Shown here: positions 54,565-64,000 of the stretch, in pieces
Numbering within the stretch: the stretch's first letter is position 1
Layout: each line of letters starts with the position of its first letter
From: Neocallimastix sp. 'constans'
Taxonomy: Eukaryota
NCBI GenBank assembly: GCA_050613775.1
Contig: JBODTK010000001.1
Location: forward strand, 310,001 to 374,000
DNA length: 64,000 bases
Direction of reading: 5' to 3'
Position numbers and translations under genes: made by a program
The notes under the pieces: model-generated
Database searches by the model: none
The model's input: the letters and a program-made list of their open reading frames with translations, nothing else
What the model was told of the DNA's origin: nothing

Positions 54565-55015
54565 TAAAAAAATATTAATATAATATTTCTATATTTATTG
54601 TTTTCTTTCATTATATATATATATATTATTCTATATTATTTATCTATTTTATTTTTATTTTTATTTATTTTGTTCTATTTTGTATAATTAAAATATATAT
54701 ATATGTATATAATAAGTAAAAAGAATATATTTATAAATATTTACCAGCAATGGTAGCTAAAATAGAGAAAACAACAAAGAAGACAGAGGAAACAGCTAAT
54801 AAGATGAATAAGAAAGTAGAAACAACAAAGAATAATGGTAAGGAAGCAATGAAAGCAGTACCAGCAAGGGCAATACTTAATAATGGGTTTTCCTTAACAT
54901 AATTCTTAGAGGTTTCATAGTATTCTAAAGTAGTAGACTTTACTTGGTTAAATCTTTCAAGAGCAACATCTCTGAAATTGTGAGTAGCTGGAGCTTCAGT
55001 AGCAGTTGAGGCCAT
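54037..55015 (-). CDS. Promethin/LDAF1-like lipid-droplet/ER membrane protein; 2 exons (55015-54745, 54431-54037), 221 aa
   Basis: A GT-AG phase-1 intron joins ...ILATIAG to IVLFVP... A ~70-aa uninterrupted hydrophobic stretch starts NPLLSIAL...ASLPLFFV and is flanked by amphipathic helices. Codon use looks like a real gene. The family call is from pattern resemblance. Confidence 0.7.
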
Positions 55016-55892
55016 ATTGATTAGTTTTATTTAATTTTTATTTTATTTAATTTTATTTATATTTTTTGCTTTGCTTTTGTATTTTATTTTTATTTTTATT
55101 TTATTTATTTTTTATTAGTTTGTTTAAAATTTAGCTTTTTTTATTGTATTAATTAATCCCCTATAAAAAAAATTAATTTTTAAACAGTAGGTATTTATTA
55201 TTTTAATAAAATTTGCTTTTTAATTTATTTTTTATTTTTATTTTATTTTTTTAATTGATTTATTTTTAATTCTTTTTTTTTAAAAGGAAAAGAAAAAAAA
55301 ATTATTTGAATGAAAAAAAAATTATTTGAATTTTTTTTAAATAATTACGTGATATTAAATATTTTAATAAAAAAAAAAAAAAATTTAATGTTAGAAAAAA
55401 AGGTTATTTATAATTATTTGAAGTCATAAAAAAAAATTTTTTTTTTATTTAATTTATGATTACATTATGGTGCAATAATTTTTTTATTTTTATTTTTTTT
55501 TATTTTTAAAAATAATAATTAATAATAATAATAATAATAAATAATTAAATAATACTAATGAATAATAATAATAAATAATAATAAATAATAAATAATAATA
55601 ATTAATAATAAATAATGAATTATAATATTAAATAGTTAATAATAAATAAATAAATAAATAAAAAGAAAAAAAAATTTTTTTTTTGAAACTTTACATATAA
55701 CTGATGATCGTTTATTGGTTTAAAATTTTATTAAAAGTTAAAGTTTCAGATATTAAAAAAAAAAAAAATAAAAAAATAATAAAATTAGGAATAATTAAAA
55801 AATGTGAAATGAATTCAATAAATAATAAATAATCTGAAAAAAAAACTTTGAATTTTAATTATTTAACTTTAATATTCGATAATTCTTTAATA

Positions 55893-55969
<77 letters not shown>

Positions 55970-56263
55970 CAAGTAAATATTATTGAAAATAATATTTACT
56001 TGATTAATTATAATAATTAAATAACAATTAAATAATATAACAATCATTAATTGTTGAATAAAATACTAACAATTAATAAATATAATTTTAATCATACTAA
56101 TAATAAATAATAACTGTATTATCGTCATCTATAGAAAAAGAAGAAAAAGTTATATGAAGGGCTTCATGTTAACAATAAAGCTTTATCAAAAAGAAAAAAT
56201 AAATACAAAAATAAATAATTTTTAATATATAATATTATTCTATTTTAATAATAAATAATACTA

Positions 56264-56352
56264 TAATACTAATAAATAACGATGAGTATATTAAATAATA
56301 CTAATAAATAACGATGAGTATATTAAATAATACTAATAAATAACGATGAGTA
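56264..56352. repeat. 32-bp minisatellite, ~2.8 copies
   Basis: Unit taatactaataaataacgatgagtatattaaa. Confidence 0.85.
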
Positions 56353-56699
56353 ATTAAGTGATTGATAGACTTATTGAAACTTATTAAATCCCTACTATAA
56401 ATAATTAATTATGATCCAAACTATAGTTATTCATTTTATTATCATTTTAATATGAACTACGACGTTACTATTAAATAATTACATTTAATATTTACAGATA
56501 GAAAAATATATTTAAATAGTTAATTAACTAATAATAATATAATTATAAATACTAAAAATTTTTATATTCTTTATATTTCTACTTTTTATTTTTTATTTTA
56601 TTTTTACTTTTACTTTTTATTTTTTATTTTATTTCATCTGTTCTTCTTCATATTTCTACTATTTATTATTATATTATTATTAGTATTAGTATTAATATT

Positions 56700-56907
<208 letters not shown>

Positions 56908-57395
56908 TATATCTCTATTATCTCATTTTTTATTCTCATTAAATATCATTTAAGCTTTCATTAAAATTTATGACAAATCTCTATTTTATTATGAAATAAA
57001 GTTTATTTGGTTAATTAATCTTTCTATCAATCCAATCATAATAAATATAATACAATACAGATATATGTGAATGAAGTATAAAGCAATATATAGCGTATTT
57101 AATGGAAATAAAATAAATGGTCGCACCTACTTGAAAAGCATAAAATTTAAAATTTTTATATTTAAAAAAAAAAAGTAAAAGTATGAAAAATAATAAATAA
57201 TAAATAATAAAATAATAAATAATTGAATAATAATTAAATAAAAAAAATTGGTTTAATAAATAATAAATAATAAATAATAAATAAATGAATAATAATTAAT
57301 AAATAATTGAATAATAAATAATAAATAATAAATAATAAATAATAAATAATAATAATTGAATAATAAATAATAAAAAAGAGTATTTATTAATAAAT

Positions 57396-57476
57396 AATTG
57401 AATAATTGAATAATTGAATAATTGAATAATTGAATAATTGAATAATTGAATAATTGAATAATTGAATAATTGAATA
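57396..57476. repeat. (AATTGAAT)n 8-bp satellite
   Basis: About ten tandem units. Confidence 0.9.
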
Positions 57477-58036
57477 ATAATAATAATAATAATAAAATAA
57501 TTATAAAAAGTAATAAAAATTTTTAATAATAAATAAATAATAATTAATTAATTAATTAATTTATTGTAATTTTTTCCCATCAGAACTAAAATTTTAGTTG
57601 TAACTCTCTTGGCAGGTTATTCAGCACATCATAATTGATAAAAATGGTGTCATTCAAAGAATAAATTTTTAGTTAATATAAAATCATGAAATCATATTAA
57701 ATTTGAGAGAAATCTATAAATACCGAATTCTTTTACCTTTTTTTTTTTATTTTGTTGTTATCTGAAATTATGATAAATAAATTTATTTATTTATTTATTT
57801 ATTTGTTTGTTTATGAATCATTCTAAATAGTCTTTCTTTCTATGAAATAAATACAGAAAATAAAATTAAAAATTTAAAAATAATAAAAAAAAAAAATAAA
57901 AAAAAGCAACAATAATAAAATGCATATTTATTTCATATTATTTCATATTATTTGTTAATGCATTAAATTCAAATATTTTAAATCTAATAATGGATTATTT
58001 ATCATCAACAACAAGTAATTAATATATTAAAAATTA

Positions 58037-58069
<33 letters not shown>

Positions 58070-59639
58070 TTCAAATTTATTAAAAATAAAATAAAATAAA
58101 TATAAAAAAAGAGAATATTTAAAAAAAGTGATTTTCTGTTTTTATTATTAATATATTATAATTAAATTATGATATATATATTATAATACATTATAATATA
58201 TAATAATATAATTATGAAATATATTAATATAAATATATTCTCATAGAAATAAAGAGATTTGGTATATATAGTGGCTATTAAAATTCTATTCAACTAACAG
58301 AATTAACCTTTTATTTAATATATTAAAATATATTAATAATATATGTTATATGTATAACTATATAATTATTTTTTTTTCTATTTTCATATGATTATGAAAT
58401 TTATAAATAATTAATATTAAAATTAAATAAATATAAATAAGTATCAGACAAGTAAATGAATATAATAAATAAATTATTCATTTAACAAGAATTATTTATT
58501 ATTTATTATATATTTATTTATTATATATTTATTTATTATATATATATATTTATTTATATAATATTATTATTAACTTCAACATTTAACCCAGTTGACTTTA
58601 CACTGCTTATAATAAATCATTAAGCTATGAATAAAAAAAAATATACTAACTAAATTTATATCAATAAAATTATAAAAGTATTAATATTTATTATTAATTA
58701 TTTGATCGATTATATTATACATATACTTTAACCTTCTATTTTAAATCATTATATTAATGTTCTACTATCGATCTTTTCTGCCGAAGAATCCAAAGAATAA
58801 TAATCAAAGATAATTTACAGGTAAATCTAAATATTATAATAATAATATTATTATTACAAAGTAATAAATAGAAAATATAACAATAATATTGAATAAGTTG
58901 AATAACAACAACAACAACATTTATATATATAAAATTTAGAACAAATTATCAATCAAAGAACATTAAGTACGATGTTCTTTAGGTAATATTGCAGGTAAAA
59001 GAACAAATGATAAAAAAAAAAAAAGTGACAAATTTCAATATTAAATAAATAAATAAATAAATAAATTTTTGTTATTGTTTATTAATTTTGAATAGATGTA
59101 TAGATTAAAATTTCCTTAATTAGCGTAATTAAAAATATAAATAATTAACTTTTTTTTTTTTAAAAAAAAATAAAAAAATAATTTAATAAATTATATTAAA
59201 TAAAGTTAACAAATTGAATAATCAATAATCGAATAATTAAATAATCAATAACAAAAAAAAGTATTTATTAATAAATAATCAATAATTAAAATAATTAAAT
59301 ATATATAAATTTTTAATGCTTTAAATACAAATTAAAATAATAAAATATTATTAATATTATTAAATAATTATAAAGAGAGAGAAGAAGTAAAACTTCAGTT
59401 TAAAATAATAAATAATAAAAAAAAAAAAAAAAAAGAAAAAATTGTACTGCCGAATTAGGCCATATAAGAAAGATTCTTTTTACATACATAGAGCTATTTA
59501 TTACATTAATGAGATGTAGAGATAATAAATTTATTCGTAGTTTTTTTTTTTTTAATTCATTAAATAAATACTCATTTTATAATTATTTAATTATTATTTA
59601 ATTATTTAATTATTAAATTATTTATTATTTATTATTAAT

Positions 59640-59875
59640 GTTTATTTATTATTTATTATTTATTATTTATTATTTATTATTTATTATTTATTATTTATTA
59701 TTTATTATTTATTATTTGTTATTTATTATTTATTACTTATTATTTATTATTTATTATTTATTATTTATTATTTATTATTTATTATTTATTATTTATTATT
59801 TATTATTTATTATTTATTATTTATTATTTATTATTTATTATTTATTATTTATTATTTATTATTTATTATTTATTA
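59640..59875. repeat. (TTATTTA)n 7-bp satellite
   Basis: Tandem heptamer that generates the spurious YYLLFII ORF. Confidence 0.9.
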
Positions 59876-61355
59876 ATAAATACTCTTTTTATTATTTATT
59901 ATTTATTATTTATTATTTATTAATAAATACTCTTTTTATTATTCATTCATTATTTATTATTTATTATTTTTTTATTAATATATATATATTTTGAATTAAA
60001 GACATATTATTAAAGAGAAATAGTAGAATTAAATATATATAATTTTTAAAGGAGTTATCATTATTTAAATAATGGTTTATAATTATAGGAGTTATATAAT
60101 CTATAATTTACTATTAAACCTTTATTTCTTAAAAATAAAAAAAATTTATATTATTTTATTTTAAAGATTATATTACATATAAATAAGATAGTTAGCTTTA
60201 ATATCTTTTTTAATAATAAATATTATGTTTTATATATATATATACATATATATATATATTTTTTTAAAAAAAAAGAAAATAGTATTTTTAGATAAAAAAA
60301 AAAAAAAAACTCCAATAAATATAAAATAAAATAATAAAAAGATTAAACCAGACAATAATTCATTTAAAGTTTAAATTACCAGAACCTATAGTAAGTAATT
60401 CAACTTTTGATGATCTTTCTTTTGGTTCAGGGGAGAGCTTAGTGGATACCACACTATCTATTTTAAAGATGTTACTTCCTTTGTTTTATTATTTTAGATT
60501 TAACTGGTGATCATGTTACTACTCGTAGTATACGTCACACCGAAATTTTTTTTAACTTTTGAACTTATTTTTTATTCTTTATTATATTAAATTTTTTATG
60601 ATTAATTAAAATTTGTTTTTTCTAAACTTTTTATTATTTTTTATTTTACTTAATCTTTTACCTACATTTTATTTTTTTTTTTTCTTTTAATTAAATAATG
60701 CATTTTTTTATAATTAAGTGTAATACATAAAAATATTTTAGTTTATTTAATGAAGCACTGGAAGTGTATTCTCTTCCTAGTCTAAAAAATAAAAAAAAAA
60801 AAAAAAACAGAGAATTAATACATTTTATAATAATTATATTCATAGTTTCATTTCGATCGATTGTATTCTATTTGATTTAATGCTATTTATCAATTATCAA
60901 TATCAAATTATAAATATATATTTTTGAAATATTTTTAAGATAAAATATATATATGCATATTCTATTGTTTGAATACTTTTAATATTCTGTATAGTGAATA
61001 TAAATTTTTTTTTTTTGGGAGAGGGTTGTGTGCAAATACGAGTGATTTTTATTATTAAATAAAATTTTAAAATAATAAAAATATTTTTTTATATTTTTTT
61101 TTTTTTTTTTTGGTTGTAAAGTAGAACTACTTGATGGTAGAAGATGTTTACAATAAAGTAATTTGTTTTTTAAAATAAGTATTTTTTTTTGTTAAAAAAA
61201 GCTTGTATTTATGGTTACAATAATATATTAAAGAAATTATATAATAATATAATTATATATATATGTAAATAAATTATAATTAGAGAGTTTTATTATAATT
61301 ATTATTTTTTTGGTGGTTTAAAAAAAGAAAAAATAAAGACATATTTATATCTTTG

Positions 61356-61395
<40 letters not shown>

Positions 61396-61755
61396 TATTA
61401 TTTATTTTTGTAGATATTATTATAAATATCATTATTATAAATTTTTATTTCATCTGTCACATTTCATATCTAATAAATAGAAACAAAAAAAAAATGATCA
61501 TTTTATTATTTTATTTAAAATATATATTTATTATATATATATAAAAATTGTCCTAATTTTTGGGGGTGATAAAAAAGAAATCTTTTTGTCAAAAAAAAAA
61601 TTTTTTTTTTATTTTTTTTATATTAATATTTTGTTTTATTATTAAATTTTTCCTTTTGGATAAAAAAAAAAAAAAAAAAAAAAACAATTTAAAAAGAAAA
61701 AAGAAAAAAGAAAAAAAAAAAAGTTAATAAATTAATTAAAAAAGATAATATCCAC

Positions 61756-61802
<47 letters not shown>

Positions 61803-61830
61803 CATTAAAAAAAGTAGACTTTTTTTTTTG

Positions 61831-61875
<45 letters not shown>

Positions 61876-62174
61876 TTTAATTAAAAAAAAAATTTTTTTA
61901 AACTAATATTTTATACTTCTATTTAAATATAGAATTAATACAAATTTTATGACAATAAAGTATTTAAATTTTAAAGTTTATAAAACAAAAACATTTTCAA
62001 AAATAAAAGTTAAAATATATAAAAAGTTTTATATCATGATTTGTACAAGAATAATAGAATAGTTTTATATTTTATTATATTAATATTATTCATAGCCTAA
62101 TCTATTATTGATTTATTATTCATTTTAAATTGTAATTAATTATTTATAGGAGTGTAACTAATTAAAATATTATT

Positions 62175-62209
<35 letters not shown>

Positions 62210-62466
62210 TATAAATGAAGCATAAGAAGATTACTTTTTAATTTTTTTTTTTTACTACTGATATTAAAATTAATATTATTAAACTATAGAAACTATATCA
62301 AAAAAAAAAAAAAAAAATAAATATATATATATATTGTTTTTTTATAATACAAAATAGATAATTATATAATTTGTTAAATAAATGTGATTAATTAATATTA
62401 TATTTAAGTTAATAAATGGTATTTTTTAAGGTAACAATAAATTAAATATTATATTTAAATTTTCAA

Positions 62467-62537
62467 TTATTGTACTACTAATAATTTAATAAAATATTTA
62501 AATTTAATATTTTATTAAATTATTAGTAGTACAATAA
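62467..62537. repeat. Perfect 32-bp inverted repeat with a 7-nt loop
   Basis: ttattgtactactaataatttaataaaatatt / taaattt / aatattttattaaattattagtagtacaataa. Confidence 0.9.
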
Positions 62538-63237
62538 GATATTTAATATTATATAAATATCTTATTTTTATTTTTATTAATTTATAAATCAAAAATTTTG
62601 TTAATATGAAAAAAAAAAAAAATTGTACAAAATTGAATAAGCAAAAGTGATAATTTTAATAAAAAAAAATAATTTCAATTACGATTTTAATACAACAGGT
62701 TATAATAATCAAAGAAATAATAACAAATATAATAAAAGAAATAATTATAATTAAAGAAATAATAATAATAATAACACAATAATTATTATAAAAGAATTAA
62801 TAATTATTATTATAATAATAATAATAAAAGAAATAATGATCATAATAATTTTAAAATAATAAAATAAAAGCAATAAAAAAAAATAATAATCATTAAAACA
62901 GGTTAAAGACATATTTTTTATATATTTTTTGATATATATATATATATGTTAATTATATTACAATATTTTATATAAATATTACTTTGTTAGGTTTATAACC
63001 AATTTTTATATCGAAATATAGATACATATATGTTATATATGTTAAAATATTATGTATTCAGTATAAAAAACATATAGCATGTTGGTTTTATGAGAGTGCT
63101 TTTTAACATATTTACCAAGATGTAGTTTGATGCTAGTTTTACTATCAATACACTCTATCATTATATACTCAACCAATATTTTAATAATTTTATACTATAT
63201 ATAATACTTTTTAATAAAAATAGTTAAAAAAAAAACA

Positions 63238-63268
<31 letters not shown>

Positions 63269-63393
63269 AACTCTTATATATACTTATAATTAATACAAAA
63301 AAAAAAACATTTATATATACATATAATTAATATCAAAAAAAAAAGAAAAAACTTTTATATGTACATATAATTAATACCAAAATAAAAAAAAAA

Positions 63394-63434
<41 letters not shown>

Positions 63435-63479
63435 TATTTTCTTATTCATTCGAAATCCATTAAAGTGTATTATTTCTCC

Positions 63480-63620
63480 TTCAAAAATTTGTATTTTTTG
63501 ATATTATTCAAGAGGTTTATTAATTCAGTTATTAACTTCCTTAGTTACCTAAGCAATAGCTATGAACTCACTTTCAATACAAGTTAGCATGCTTCTTTTG
63601 ATATAATCTATAGAATCCTT
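63480..63620 (-). mobile_element. Possible Ty1/copia RNase H relic
   Basis: The minus strand reads LTCIESEFIAIA*VTKEV then LINLL, resembling the copia S(S/T)TE(A/S)EYIA..A.KE..WL motif. The match is short and degraded. Confidence 0.4.
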
Positions 63621-64000
63621 AATTTTTCTTAGTCCTAAAAATAGTTTTTTTTTTTTTTTTTTTTATAAAAAAAAAAAAAAAAATTCAAGATAGTGATATT
63701 TCTACTAAGTCTACCACCTTGGATAGCAATATTGATATTGTAATTTATATCCTCATCTTAAAAAACGTGAAATTCAATTAAACCTTAAACTAAGATTAAT
63801 TTTTTTTTTTTTTATTGCTGTAGTTATAGCCAACTTTAATTATAATAATTTTATTCATTTATTAATTAAATGAATATTTTTTTTATAAAAAAACACCCAC
63901 ACACAATTAATAATAAAAAAAAATTAATATCATTGGTCCAATTTGAACATAATAAATAATATTTTAACTATTTCAAAAAAAAATTAATATTGAAATATTT

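Overview
Extremely AT-rich eukaryotic DNA with short AT-rich GT-AG introns, long homopolymer and microsatellite runs. Composition and gene content are most consistent with an anaerobic gut fungus (Neocallimastigomycota); this assignment is inference. The first ~30 kb is a head-to-tail array of six intronless minus-strand paralogues, the first cut by the window edge. Each encodes a signal peptide, a 12-aa Thr/Lys/Pro/Ser repeat stalk (PTTKKTSKTLPV, about 17, 17, 27, 30 and 46 units in the five complete copies) and an invariant 49-aa six-cysteine C-terminal domain. Their spacers carry a conserved ~190-bp non-coding block, two Ty3/Gypsy integrase relics, and a ~2-kb composite insertion with a Mutator-like fragment and a perfect 26-bp hairpin. 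The rest of the window holds a 7-exon CTK1/CDK12-type kinase with a ~1000-aa C-terminal RS/Asn-rich tail, a ~21-exon short-tailed class I myosin bracketed by a ~185-bp inverted repeat, two convergent LINE relics, a 2-exon promethin/LDAF1-like membrane protein gene and a possible copia relic. Exon boundaries were read by eye, and no database searches were run.
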